A stretch of 64,000 bases of DNA from Eledone cirrhosa (taxonomy: Eukaryota), in assembly GCA_964016885.1 (NCBI GenBank), contig OZ024742.1:313596001-313660000 (forward strand). The letters run 5' to 3'. A model generated the notes under the pieces. The model was given only the letters and a program-made list of their open reading frames with translations. It did no database searches and was not told the DNA's origin. This document shows, in pieces, positions 51,211 through 64,000 of this stretch. The position numbers were made by a program, and so were the translations under genes. The number at the start of each line of letters is the position of its first letter. Positions within the stretch are counted from its first letter, which is position 1.

Positions 51211-51940
51211 CTAGTAGTAGTAGTAGTAGTAGTAGCCGCAGCAGTAGTAGTAGTAGTAGCAGCAGCAGTAGTAGTAGTAGCAGTGGTAGTAGTGGTAGCA
51301 GTGGTGGTAGTAGTAGTAGCAGCAGTAGTAGTGGTAGCAGTGGTAGTAGCAGCAGTAGTAGTAGTAGCAGCGGTAGTAGTGGTAGCAGTGGTGGTAGTAG
51401 CAGTAGTAGTAGTGGTAGAAGCAGTAGTAGTAGTAGTAGCAGCAGCAGTAGTAGTAGTAGTAGTAGTAGCCGCAACAGTAGTAGTAGTAGTAGCAGCAGC
51501 AGTAGTAGTAGTAGCAGTGGTAGTAGTGGTAGCAGTGGTGGTAGTAGTAGTAGCAGCAGTAGTAGTGGTAGCAGTGGTGGTAGTAGTAGTAGCAGCAGTA
51601 GTAGTAGTAGCAGCGGTAGTAGTGGTAGCAGTGGTGGTAGTAGCAGTAGTAGTAGTGGTAGAAGCAGTAGTAGTAGTAGTAGTAGCAGCAGCAGTAGTAG
51701 TAGTAGCAGTAGTAGTAGCAGCGGCAGTAGTGGTGGTAGTAGCAGTAGTAGTAGCAGCGGCAGTAGTGGTGGTAGTAGCAGTAGTAGTAGCAGCAGTAGT
51801 AGTAGTAGTGGCAGTAGTAGTGGTAGCAGTGGTGGTGGTAGAAGCAGCAATAGTAGTAGTAGTAGTAGTAATTGTGGCAGTAGCAGTGGTAGTGATAGTA
51901 GTAGTAGTAGTAGTTGTAGTAGCAGCAGCAGTAGTAACAA
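51211..51940. repeat. (AGT/AGC/GGT)n tract with higher-order blocks
   Basis: Direct reading; source of the poly-S/T/L/V/Y ORFs. Confidence 0.95.
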
Positions 51941-52057
51941 TGCTGGTAGTGTTCACTACAGTATTGGTAGCACCAACACTGTAGTGGTAGTATCAGCAAT
52001 TGTAACTGTAGAAGTAGAGGTGATAGTAGCAAATAGAACATTATTAGTATTATTATT

Positions 52058-52709
52058 AGGCGGTGAATTGGCAGTATCGGTAGAAGATCGGATGCCATGC
52101 TCAATAGCATAGAGTTACGGCCCTTTACAGTCTGAGTTCAAATCCTGTCGAGGTTAACTTTGCCTTTCATCCTTACGGGGTCGATAAAATAAAGTACCAG
52201 TAATGTACTGGGGTAATTGCTGGCCTTGTGCCAAAAGTTGAAACAATTATTATTTGTAAACACCAATCTATATTGTTTTTCTCCTTCTATTGTCTCTTAT
52301 GTTTTGGACCTTTGTGGCTAATAAAATCATCATCATCATCATCATCATTATTATTGGCAGTATCGGTAGAGGATCGGATGCCATGCTCAATAGCATAGAG
52401 TTACGGCCCTTTACGGTCTGAGTTCAAATCCCGCCGAGGTTAACTTTTCAGGGTCGATAAAATAAAGTACCAGTAATGCACTGGATAATTGCTGGCCTTG
52501 TGCCAAAAGTAGAAACAATTATTATTATTATTAGGGCGGTGGATTGGCAGTAACGGTAGAGGGTCGGGCACCATGCTTTGCAGCACAGAGTTACGGCCCT
52601 TTATAGTCTGAGTTCAAATCCCACCAAGGTCAACTTTGCCTTTCATCGTTTCAGGGTCGACTTTCTCATCCCCCAGAATTGCTGGCCTTGTGCCTAAAGT
52701 AGAAATCAT

Positions 52710-52710
<1 letters not shown>
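52058..52710 (+). mobile_element. Cluster of three head-to-tail SINE family A copies
   Basis: Copies at ~52058-52252, 52356-52525 and 52533-52710. Confidence 0.8.
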
Positions 52711-52753
<43 letters not shown>

Positions 52754-52989
52754 ATACTGGTAATAGTATTGTTATTAAAGTAGTAGTAGTTGTTGTTATT
52801 GTTGTTTAACCCCAGGTCAGAGCTAACATATGATCAAGGCATTCTAACTGTGGTCTTCTTGCTTTTCCCTCTATGTGCTGGGAATCTAGGACCACATTAT
52901 CCAACATGTCTCTTTTTGTAAAGATAGCAGTGATTTAGTTGCTATTTCTAGCAGGTTGTGTGACCACATTGAGTCTCTCTTGTTGGTTT

Positions 52990-54185
52990 GTTGTAGTAGT
53001 AGTAAAAGTAGTTATAGTAGCAGTGGTAACTTTAATGGTGGTGGTGGTGGTTATTATGGTAATTATGGTGATGCTGTTTGTGTTGGTGGTAGTGGTGCTG
53101 GATGTTGTAGTGGTCGGATTTATGATGCTGGTGGTTTTGGTAGGGGTGATGATGGTGGTGGTGGTGGCGAGGATTATGGTAGTGGTGGTAGTGGTGATGT
53201 TTAAGGTAGTTGTGGTGATGGTCAAGGTAGTGGTGATGGTTATGGCGGTAGTAGTAGTGGTGGAAGTAGTGGTAGTAATGCTGATGAAGGTAGTGGTGGT
53301 GATGGTTATGGTACTGGATGTTAAGGCAGTAGTAGTGGTGGTGATGTTTAAGGTAGTGGTGGTGATGGTCAAGATAGTGGTGGTGATGGTTATGGTACTG
53401 GAGGTTATGGTAGCAGTAGTGGTGGTGGTGATGGTCAAGATAGTGGTGGTGATGGTTATGGTACTGGAGGTTATGGTAGCAGTAGTAGTGGTGGTGATGT
53501 TTAAGGTAGTGGTAGTGATGGTCAAGATAGTGGTGTGGAGGTTATGGTAGTAGTGGTGGTGGTGATGTTTAAGGTAGTGGTGGTGATGGTCAAGATAGTG
53601 GTGTGATGGTTATGGTACTGGAGGTTATGGTAGCAGTAGTGGTGGTGGTGGTGATGTTTAAGGTAGTGGTAGTGATGGTTATGGTACTGGAGGTTATGGT
53701 AGCAGTAGTGGTGGTGGTGATGTTTAAGGTAGTGGTAGTGATGGTTATGGAACTGGAGGTTTTGGTAGTAGTAGTGGTGGTGGTGATGTTTAAGGTAGTG
53801 GTGGTGATGGTCAAGATAGTGGTGTGATGGTTATGGTACTGGAGGTTATGGTAGCAGTAGTGGTGGTGGTGGTGATGTTTAAGGTAGTGGTAGTGATGGT
53901 CAAGATAGTGGTGTGGAGGTTATGGTAGTAGTGGTGGTGGTGATGTTTAAGGTAGTGGTAGTGATGGTTATGGTACTGGAGGTTATGGTAGCAGTAGTGG
54001 TGGTGGTGATGTTTAAGGTAGTGGTAGTGATGGTTATGGTACTGGAGGTTATGGTAGCAGTAGTGGTGGTGGTGATGTTTAAGGTAGTGGTAGTGATGGT
54101 TATGGTACTGGAGGTTATGGCAGTAGTAGTGTTGGTGGAAGTAATGGTAGTAATGGTGGTAGTCCTAGTAGTTCTGATAGTAGTG
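52990..54185. repeat. (GGT/GAT/AGT)-based minisatellite
   Basis: Recurrent gatgtttaaggtagtggtagtgatggttatggtactggaggttatggtagcagtagtggtggt. Confidence 0.9.
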
Positions 54186-54279
54186 TCAGTTGTAAACATA
54201 TCCATAGACAGTTACACACTTGGTGGTCTTCACTGCAGCAGGCTTGCAGTTGCCATTGGCTGGTTGTTGGTATTTGGTG

Positions 54280-55790
54280 CAGACACACAGACAGGCAGAC
54301 ACACAGACAGATATACATACACATTGGCATGTGGACAGACAGACTGAGAGATTGACAGACAGGCATGGGGACAGATTGACAGACAGACTGACAGACAGAA
54401 ACATGGACAGACAGACTGACAGGTAGACAGATTGACAGACAGACTGACAGACAGACAGACAGGCATGGGGACAGATTGACAGACAAGCATGGGGACAGAT
54501 TGACAGACAGACTGACAGACAGATTGACAGACAGGCATGGGGACAGATTGACAGACAGACTGACAGACAGAGTGACAGACAGGCTGACAGATTGACAGAC
54601 AGACTGACAGATTGATAGACTGGCATAGGGACAGATAGACTGACAGGCAGACAAGCATGGGGACAGACAGATTGACTGACAGAGACACACAGACATGTGG
54701 ACAGACAGACACACAGACATGTGGACAGACAGATTGACTGACAGAGACACACAGACATGTGGACAGACAGATTGACTGACAGAGACACACAGACATGTGG
54801 ACAGACAGATTGACTGACAGAGACACACAGACATGTGGACAGACAGACACACAGACATGTGGACAGACAGACACACAGACATGTGGACAGACAGAGAGGC
54901 AGACAGGCAGACAGTCTCACAGACATCTACAGGCCAACAGACACATGGACAGGCAGAGGCATGTGGTCAGGCAGACATAGAAAACCATAGAGACTGGCAG
55001 TCAGATATAGGGACAGTCAGGTAGGTAGATACACAGGCATAGGGACAGGTAGACAAACAGGTAGACATAGGGACAGGTAGACAAACAGGTAGACAAACAG
55101 GTAGACATAGGGACAGGTACACAAACAGGTAGACATAGGGACAGGTAGACAAACAGGTAGATATAGGGACAGGTAGACAAACAGGTAGACATAGGAACAG
55201 GTAGACAAACAGGTAGACATAGGGACAGGTAGACAAACAGGTAGATATAGGAACAGGTAGACAAACAGGTAGATATAGGGACAGGTAGACAAACAGGTAG
55301 ACAAACAGGTAGACATAGGGACAGGTAGACAAACAGGTAGACATAGGGACAGGTAGACAAACAGGTAGACATAGGGACAAGTAGACAAACAGGTAGATAT
55401 AGGGACAGGTAGACAAACAGGTAGACATAGGGACAGGTAGACAAACAGGTAGATATAGGGACAGGTAGACAAACAGGTAGACAAACAGGTAGACATAGGG
55501 ACAGGTAGACAAACAGGTAAATATAGGGACAGGTAGACAAACAGGTAGATATAGGGACAGGTAGACAAACAGGTAGACAAACAGGTAGACAAACAGGTAG
55601 ATATAGGGACAGGTAGACAAACAGGTAGATATAGGGACAGGTAGACAAACAGGTAGATATAGGGACAGGTAGACAAACAGGTAGACATAGGGACAGGTAG
55701 ACAAACAGGTAGATATAGGGACAGGTAGACATAGGGACAGGTAGACAAACAGGTAGACATAGGGACAGGTAGACAAAAACACAGACATAG
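54280..55790. repeat. (GACA)n-derived minisatellites; ~30-bp unit acatagggacaggtagacaaacaggtag in the distal half
   Basis: Direct reading. Confidence 0.9.
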
Positions 55791-55999
55791 TGCCAGGTAA
55801 ACAAACATGCTGACAGACAGCCATAGTAAGGAGAATTAATAGACACCACATGGAACTAAACTGTTGAATACATTATCCATTGTTAGGTGCTGTTTCACTG
55901 CTGCTCTTGTCTCTTTAGTCTCTCTTTCTACCAATTCTTCTCTTCTTTCTATCTGTCTTTCTATGTTTGTCTCTCTTTCTATCTCTCTGCTTATGTTGG

Positions 56000-56021
56000 G
56001 CTACTACTGCTACTACTGCTG

Positions 56022-56063
<42 letters not shown>

Positions 56064-56105
56064 GTACTTCTACTACTACTACTACTACTACATCTACTAG
56101 TACTT

Positions 56106-56172
<67 letters not shown>

Positions 56173-56174
56173 CG

Positions 56175-56229
<55 letters not shown>

Positions 56230-56712
56230 CGCCACTGCTGCTGCCACTTCTACTTCTATTATTGCCATTATTGTGTCTGCTACTACTATTACTAATACTA
56301 CCACTGTGTCTCTGCTGCCGTCCCCACCACCACAACAACAACAACTACTACTATTACTACTACTACTACTATTCTCATCCATTGCAAATATTCAGTAAAC
56401 CACCACATTTAAAGTAGGTGCCATAAAGTTACAGTCCCTTTATAATCTAGACCCCTTTAGCCACAAGGGTCAGATGTATCCAAAATGACTACTACCAATG
56501 AATTAGGTAACCACCACCACCACCATCATCATCACCACCATCATCATCACCACTACCACTACCACCATCATCACTACTACCATCACCACCACCACCACTA
56601 CTACCACCACCGCCACCACCACTACCACCATCATCACCACCACAATCATCACCACCACCACCACAATCATCACCACCACCACAATCACCACCACCACCAC
56701 CATCATCATCAT
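56000..56712. repeat. (CTA)n and (CAC/CAT)n tracts
   Basis: Direct reading. Confidence 0.95.
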
Positions 56713-57249
56713 TGTTGTCATTTTTATGTCCGTTTTTCCATACTTGCATGGATTGGACATTTATCTAAAAGCCTTCCATCATAATTTTAACCTCTGACTA
56801 TTAGTTTCAAATAATTTTGAAATTAATCAAGAATTTGTAGGAATTCTGTAATATAACTAACTTTCTCTTGATTAAGTTGATGTTTAGAACATAACTTAAT
56901 AAAGGTTCTTAAATAAAATTATGAAATACATTTGAATTAATGAATGAAAATTTTTGAGGAGATTTGATTTAGTAAAATTATTAAGATCATATTTGGAATA
57001 TTACTCAACAAAAGGTTCTCATATCAAATTATGTTGAAAGTTATTTAAATTAAATAGAAAGCATCTAAAGTGGATGATTTTCTTTCATAGAAATAGAAGT
57101 GATTTGGGGCAGTTTGGTATGAAAAGGGTTAAGGAGAATTATATCCAAGTAATATGGGTGCTGTTGTCATTACTGACACAGACAGTATTGTATTTTAAAA
57201 TGAGGTGGCTTATTGAAAAAAAATAATTTGTAAACAATGTCATCATTAT

Positions 57250-57545
57250 AGGGGTTTGGAAAAATTTTTTCACGCCCAGAGTTGCTGAAGCATGGAACAA
57301 ACTACCTGCATCAGTTGTTAGCTGTCGAGACACTGCATCCTTCAAAACTTCCATGCTTCCGGAAATTTGCCAACATTACACCTGATAGTTCCCCTCCATA
57401 CACACGCACGCATGTATCTGTGTGTATATAATGATTCATACACTGTTCACTTTCCTGGCATTTGTACATTATTCTTTATACAATACATGCATCTTTGATG
57501 AGTTGTAGTGCACCTGAGCACTGTACACAATAATTTTCATTATTA
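57250..57545 (+). mobile_element. CR1/L2-like LINE 3' end
   Basis: FFTPRVAEAWNKLPASVVSCRDTASFK matches the CR1-type ORF2 C-terminal FFxxRVxxxWNxLP motif, followed by a UTR and an (ATT)n-like tail. Confidence 0.7.
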
Positions 57546-57754
57546 TCATTATTATATGCAATATGTTTATGTATAATAAACATACAGGAGTCTCGCTGTG
57601 ATATTTCAAGTTGTGATCAAATCACATCTATCTCAGTGGCCATATGAAAATGTCAGACATCTTTCTGGATTTTTATCTGCATCAATGACATATATTCACT
57701 TGGTACTGAGACAAGAATAAGCTTACAATTTATATGTTTTTTTACATCTAAAAC

Positions 57755-57905
57755 ATTGGCTGGGGATGCTCATTTGCATATGGTACAAATAAACCATTGG
57801 CTGGAGATGCTCATTTGTATATGTTGCAAATAAACCATTGGCTGGAGATACTCATTTACATATAACGTGAATGAACCAGAAGCTGGAGATGCTCATTTGC
57901 ATATA
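57755..57905 (+). repeat. 42-bp tandem repeat (~3.5 units)
   Basis: Unit cattggctggagatgctcatttgcatatg..caaataaac. Confidence 0.8.
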
Positions 57906-60894
57906 GAACGAATTTGACTGGCTAGGATTAATTAGCAGTAAATTAACATAGTGTAGTTCATAATAAGGGTATAAATGAAGGTATGTATACAATGCTTTCT
58001 TATATACTGCTATTATGGTCTATGCCATGTTAGTGATACTGCTAACATCATTGGTTACAGGTTTCCAGTAACCCAGTTACTAATAACTGGTTCACTACAT
58101 TTCTGATAAGATCTCTGTGACTCTGTCTCAAGGGATTTTATTTCTAAAGCAAGCAGAAGATTTTCAGACATGCATGTTTGTGTTTTTCATAAACCAGTAA
58201 AAGATATACACATATGTACATGCACACATACACACACACGCATGTGTGTGTGTTGCACCTTTGTAAGTTTTAAGTTTCGATGATTGTTTTATTTGTAAGA
58301 ACAACAGAACAGCCTGCTTGTGATGCATGCAGCACATACATCTCAGTGACATTTTTGTCAGCTTTGTGGACTAGAGTAATGTGAAATATAGTGTTGAGCT
58401 GAAGGACACACACACACAGAGGTGTGTGTTTATATAATACTTGGTTAAATTGTTACATACCATCAAGTCATCAAACCATCAAGACCTCAGGTGCTCTCAG
58501 ACTCTGAACTGCTGTTTTCCTCTGCAAAATTAGAAAGACAGCAGCCTGTCTGAAGAAGAAACCCTTTGAAGAGGAGTGGCTGTTGCAGTGGGTGTCATGG
58601 CCATTCTCAACAGCAATCCCTTCATCATTTTGTCTGTTGGTCTGCTGGGTGCAGCTGAAACATATTGCTCAGACAGCGGTGTAGTGTCTGTCACTCCCTC
58701 CCCTTTCCCTTTCATTGCTTAATTTCGTTTTTCTTTTCCTTCTTTTCTTTCTCTTTGTTTTTTGTTTCCTTATTACCATTTATATTGTACAGGTTTTGTC
58801 AGATTTTCTCTTTAGTTTAATCAATTCTGACATATAGAGTATTGTGATAATAAACAAGTATTGTTTATTATGGGAAGGTGTGAGAAAATACACACATATA
58901 CACATGTCAGGCTTTTGTATAGTTTCTGCTTACCAAATTCTGTTCATAAGATATTTGTCAAACTGGGGCTATGTTAGAAGAAAAGAGACACCTAATGTAC
59001 CATACACTTGGATTGAACACAGAACTACAAGTTTACAAAGCAAAGTTCTCAACCACAGTTATATCCATACACTCAGTGCCAGTTCTTCTAAGCATTCAAG
59101 CTTGAAATGAATATGACTCTACTATTAATTTTCATCTTGTTTGAATCTAAGCCAAGTAGAGTTATATGTCATGCCTACAAGCCAAACACTCTGCCAGTGG
59201 TATAGATTGAACTTGTAACTTCTCAGTAAACTGAAACTGTTATATGGTTTTTTTGTTGTTGTTTGTTAGATGTCAGTTTATCACATTACAATCTATCTTA
59301 GCTTAGAAACTTAATTGAAACTCACGTTCTGCTTGGTTGTTTATCACTTTGATGTGTTGCACTGTATTGCACTAAATTATATAACACTTCACACAGTCTA
59401 CTGGTGGCTATACCTGGTTAGTCAACTTGCTAGAAATGAGTACTAAATGCCAAATCTCTTTATTGACTAAAAAAAAAAAAAATGAACATATTAGATAACG
59501 TGGTCTTGGGTACTCTGTGCTTTGAAAAAAATGGGATAGTCATGACTACTGGCTTAGCAAGAGGGGCAAGGTGGTCTGAGGGGGTTCAGTTGCTCTCCCC
59601 AGAAGCATTTGCTCCCTGGGAGAAGTAATAAGAGAGTGTAAAATTTTCTCTAGTCTATCATAACTTGTTAATTAAAGAGAAGGCACCAAAAGTATCTCCC
59701 ACCTCTAAGCAGGAAGTCTGTGCTATGCTACACAGCATGACTCCAATGCCTTTGATTATACAACATTGGCTGAAAAAGCCTATATGTGGTCAACCAATCT
59801 GCTACAAATAAGTACTAAATATTAAATCTCCCCTTTACTCTCTCAACAATAAAGAACAAATTGGACAATGTGTGACTGGGTGCTCTGTACTTTGGAAAAA
59901 GGCAGAATTGTCATACCTTAAACTCACTTAACTTTTTTGTAATCATATTTCTAATACAGTATTCAATAATTATGAGTAATTGGGTGAAATAATTAACTTT
60001 CAATGTAATAATTAATTTGAAAAATATTTAATTACTGAAATTTAATATTATCTGTCATGTCATAATGAGATTTCAGTTCAAGATTTGAATTCAAATGTGG
60101 AAACCTTAATAGAGATGGTTTGGGGAGTGTACCTGGTAGATAACATGCTAGAAATAGGTGTGAAATTCTAAATCTCCGGAGTGTACCTGGTAGATAACAT
60201 GCTAGAAATAGGTGTGAAATTCTAAATCTCCATCTTTACTATCTCAGCCAAATATGACACAATGTGTCCTAGGTATGCTCTGTGCCTAGATGAAAAATGG
60301 AATGATCATAACTTTGTCTTTAATCAGACAACACAAGCTGAATGAGTCCCTACTTGGTCAGCCAACATGTTAGAGAAAGGAGAAGCTCAACCAACAAGAT
60401 CCCAAATCTCATTTGTTTACTGAGTTGGGTGGAACACATCAAATTGGATCAAGGAAACAATTTTTCCATTGCCGACACTATCTACCGGTTGCAACTCCCA
60501 GCAGAAAGAACATGTAATAAAGTGTTTTGCTCAAAGACATAACACATCACCTAATTTCTTGTAAGGATGAAAAGAAAAGCTAAAATAGGGATTGCAATAT
60601 GGATGGAACACTTACAAAAAACAACATTGCTTGGAACAGCTCATACTCCGGAGGGTACTCGAAAAGTAAGGGGTGTTACCTCAGTTCACTGGTTGTGATC
60701 ACCTAACACTGTAATACATCCCCAATGTTAGAAGCTGAGCGAAGAAACAACAACTATAACAATAATAACCTTTTTTTTTCTTCTTGCATATGAAACTGTT
60801 GCTGTTTCAGGTTGTTGTTGTTTACCTGATCGAGATCAGAGATCAGTTTCCAGGTCTCACCACTAGGAGATCAATAACTTGGGCCCCATGATAA

Positions 60895-61072
60895 TCATTT
60901 CTGATTTAGGTGCAAGGCCAGCAATTTGGGGGGAGGGACAAGTCAATTAAATTGACCCCAGTGCATTACTGGAACATATTTTATCAACCCCGTAAAGATG
61001 AAAGGCAAAGCTAACCTCAGCAGGATTTGAACTCAAAATGTAAATGGCCGTAACTCTATGCTGCCAAGCATG
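60895..61072 (-). mobile_element. SINE family A, reverse orientation
   Basis: Reverse complement of the family core and B-box. Confidence 0.75.
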
Positions 61073-61408
61073 TTAATGAACAACAATAACATAATGGTCA
61101 TAATATGGCTAATAGGATTATTACTATTAGTAGTGGTTTGTATATGTGTGTATATGTATGTATATGTATATGTGTGTATGTGTATATGTGTGTATGTATG
61201 TATGTGTATATGTGTGTATGTGTATATGTGTGTATATGTATGTATGTGTATATGTGTGTATGTCAGTTGACATTGTTTGAGCTTGCTATTAACTGTACCG
61301 TGTCTTATTGACCTTGTGTACTATATAGAATTTGACCTTTTGTCTGTTGAATACTGTTTGACCTTGCGTAGTGCTGTAACCTTGCTTAGTGCTGTAACCT
61401 TTAGCTTA

Positions 61409-61455
<47 letters not shown>

Positions 61456-61679
61456 TATTTTATATTGACCTTCCATGCTGGCATGGGTTGATCAGGTTAT
61501 TACAGTATGATCTAGGTGGGTCAAGGAACCAGATCTTGCTCATACATTCCATATTTTGGCATGTTTCTATTGCTAGATGCTCCTAATACCAACCTCTTTG
61601 CAGAGTGTACTGGGTGTATTTTATCAGGGCACCAGCACTACAGTAACCTTGTCTCATAGTGTGTCACTTTGGATCTTGG

Positions 61680-62640
61680 TTTGTATGACCTTGTGTCATG
61701 GTTAGTGTGACCTTGACTGTTGGTTAGTGTGACCTTGAGTGTTGGTTAGTGTGTGACCTAGTGTTATGTTTAGTATGTAACCTCGAGTGTTGGTTAGTGT
61801 GACCTTGTGCTATGGTTAGTGTGTGACCTTGAGTATTGATTAGTATGTCCTCGTGTCTTAGTGTGGGTCCTTGTGTCTTGGTTAGTGTGTGACCTTGAGT
61901 GTTGATTAGTATATCGTTATGTCTTGGTTAGTGGGTGACCTTGTGTTTGGTTAGTGAATCTTCTAGTGAATCTTCTAGAAGGTGTACTTGAATCTTGGTT
62001 AGTGTGTGACCTTGAGTCATAAATGAATTAGTGTGTGGCATTGGGTCTTAAATTAATTAGTTTGTGACCTTGGGTTTTAGTTAGTTGGGGATCTTAAGTT
62101 GATTAGTGTGTGACCTTCAGTTTTACTCAGTGTGTGACAATGAGTCTTATTTAATTAGTGACTTTGAATCCTTGTTAATGTGTGATGTTCTGACTTGGTT
62201 AGTGAGGGATTTAAAGTTGATTAGTGTGTGACCTGGATTCTTGGTTAGCATACAAATTTGAATCTTGATTAATGTATGACCTTGGCTCTGAAATTAATTC
62301 ATGAGACCTTAGGGTCTTGAATAGTGTGTGACCTTGAGTCTTGATAAATGTGTGACCTTTAGCCTAATGAATATAGGATCTTAAGTTTTGGTTACTGTGT
62401 GACCTTGTGTATTGGTTAGTTGGTTATACTAAGCTGATTAGTGTGTAACCTTGAGATTTGATTCCTGTCTGACTTTGTACCTTGAGTAGTGAGTGGTCTT
62501 GAATCTTGGTTAAAATGTGGATTTGATCTATGGTTAGTGTGTGACTCTAAGTTTTGGTTTGTGTATTACCTTGAGTCTTGGTTAGTGAGTGACCTTGAAA
62601 AGTGGGTGATTTTGAATGTTCAGTTGTGGGTGACCTCTAG
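61680..62640 (+). repeat. Degenerate ~21-25-bp minisatellite
   Basis: Recurrent ttggttagtgtgtgaccttgagt, decaying toward 63600. Confidence 0.8.
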
Positions 62641-62950
62641 TGTGGAATAATTAGTATTCTTTAGTGTTTTGCAGAAGTGACCTTTAGTATAATGTAAAAC
62701 AACCTTCAATATTTGAGTAATGAGTAACTGAGTATTAAGTAGTTGATTCATTTCAGTAATGTGTTAGGATATAGTGACTTAGTGTGTTGTGTAGTGTATG
62801 AGTTTGAGCACTGAATAACAAGTGACCTTGGATTTGGCATCGTGAATGACCTCAATTGAAGGGTGGTTGCATTTGTTTGCCAAGTAAAATTTTATTCTTT
62901 ATTTTAATACTATTTCATATTCAATACCTAGTATTGATTAATCTTTAGGG

Positions 62951-63190
62951 TTAACTCTTTAGCATTTACATTACTCTATATAAACTATTGTATTTTCACG
63001 GTAATGACTTTATCTCACATAATATCTCACATAATATCTCACATAATATCGAATCTATGAGATTTTGATATTATTTATTTTGAGAACAATACCTTAACAT
63101 AATTAGGAATTGCCAGTCACAGCTGATATGAACAGAAAAAGGTGAGAGAATGCTGGCCAGATACAGTCGGTTTAATTGCTAAAGGGTTTA
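62951..63190 (+). mobile_element. piggyBac-like MITE
   Basis: Same family, with an internal triplication of atctcacataat. Confidence 0.8.
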
Positions 63191-64000
63191 TTTACTATTT
63201 GTTGAGTCCACAGTTCTATACATTGAGTGATTAGTAATTTTACAACATTTGACTACTGGCTGGTATTTGAAGTTGAATGTCAAGAGTTTTGACTGCATTG
63301 TGCTGAGTTTTATTTTACCTACTGTGTTGTGTATTTTACCTTGACTGTCTTAAATATTGAAAATGGTGAAAAGTTGCCCTTGTGAGTTATATTTAAGAGC
63401 AATGTAGAGTTTGACCTTGACAGTTATATTTGAGAGCAATGTAGTGTTTGACCTTTTAAGCTGAATGACAATTAGGTTTTGAGTACAGTGTGACATTTTA
63501 CCTTGAGTGTCACCAGTTAATTAATTTTTCGAAATATTTGTGACTTCGTGATTTGCATGAAAATAAAATTTGAGGTCTATGTGTTGTTTGATCTAATGAG
63601 ATGTGATATTTGACCTTGAAGTGCTAACTTTGAACTTACTTTCAGGTCCCAAATAATAGGGGGTGGTTGGCATAAATGTGTGCGTGTGTGTGTGGGGGGG
63701 GGGGGGGGGGGGGGGGCGTCTGTAATTTTCTAGGTTATCTCCATTGGTTTTTTAAAAAATCAGATTTAGTCGTTTAGTTTACATATTGAGACCCTAACCC
63801 ATCCTATTTATTTTATAATGTATGGGATTTCTACTAATGTACTCTTTTGTCATGTACGATGATTTTAATGTATAAAGAAAATTAATTGTCACAGGAATCC
63901 TACCACTTAAAATAATATAGAGTAACAAAATTTAATAAGTGAAGTGGGTGGGTTTTTGGGTGTTGGTGGGGATGTAATAAGAACAGAGGAGGGGAATCTA

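Noticed and set aside
50955-52112. 385-aa serine-rich ORF
   Set aside because: It is a fusion of a LINE fragment, an (AGT)n tract and a SINE head, open in several frames because of the repeat.
52935-56784. Long poly-T/V/L/H and CLSV-type ORFs (mucin- or His-rich-looking)
   Set aside because: These are translations of micro/minisatellites on both strands with no splice or domain support.
58530-58715. 61-aa minus-strand ORF or missing RLIG1 exon
   Set aside because: The frames I translated do not resemble the expected RLIG1 continuation (GLGSKKHP..HG..EGIVW) or any family I recognise.
61680-62640. Telomere-like repeat
   Set aside because: GGTTAG occurs only within a longer degenerate unit; there is no (TTAGGG)n run.

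Overview
AT-rich, microsatellite-dense animal genomic DNA, most likely a coleoid cephalopod such as Octopus (inferred from the SINE, RTE and piggyBac-MITE repertoire). One protein-coding gene is well supported: five phase-compatible + strand exons (11672-11879, 41646-41776, 46077-46161, 46668-46755, 50699-50802) splice into the N-terminal ~205 aa of an RLIG1/C12orf29 5'-3' RNA ligase orthologue, with the motif I lysine (TEKIDG) at K57. No C-terminal exons were found in the window. Most other ORFs in the track are microsatellite or transposon artefacts. The introns hold tRNA-derived SINEs, RTE/CR1/L1-type LINE fragments, piggyBac-like and Tc1/mariner-like MITEs, minisatellites and many fold-back hairpins. 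The most notable unannotated signal is a set of type I hammerhead ribozyme motifs of the Penelope-like-element kind. Two identical copies sit on opposite strands in a ~690-bp palindrome ~400 nt upstream of an RLIG1 exon, a third near-intact copy lies at 21068-21150 (-), and several truncated or decayed copies mark the turning points of smaller hairpins. All calls were made by eye, and repeat boundaries are approximate.
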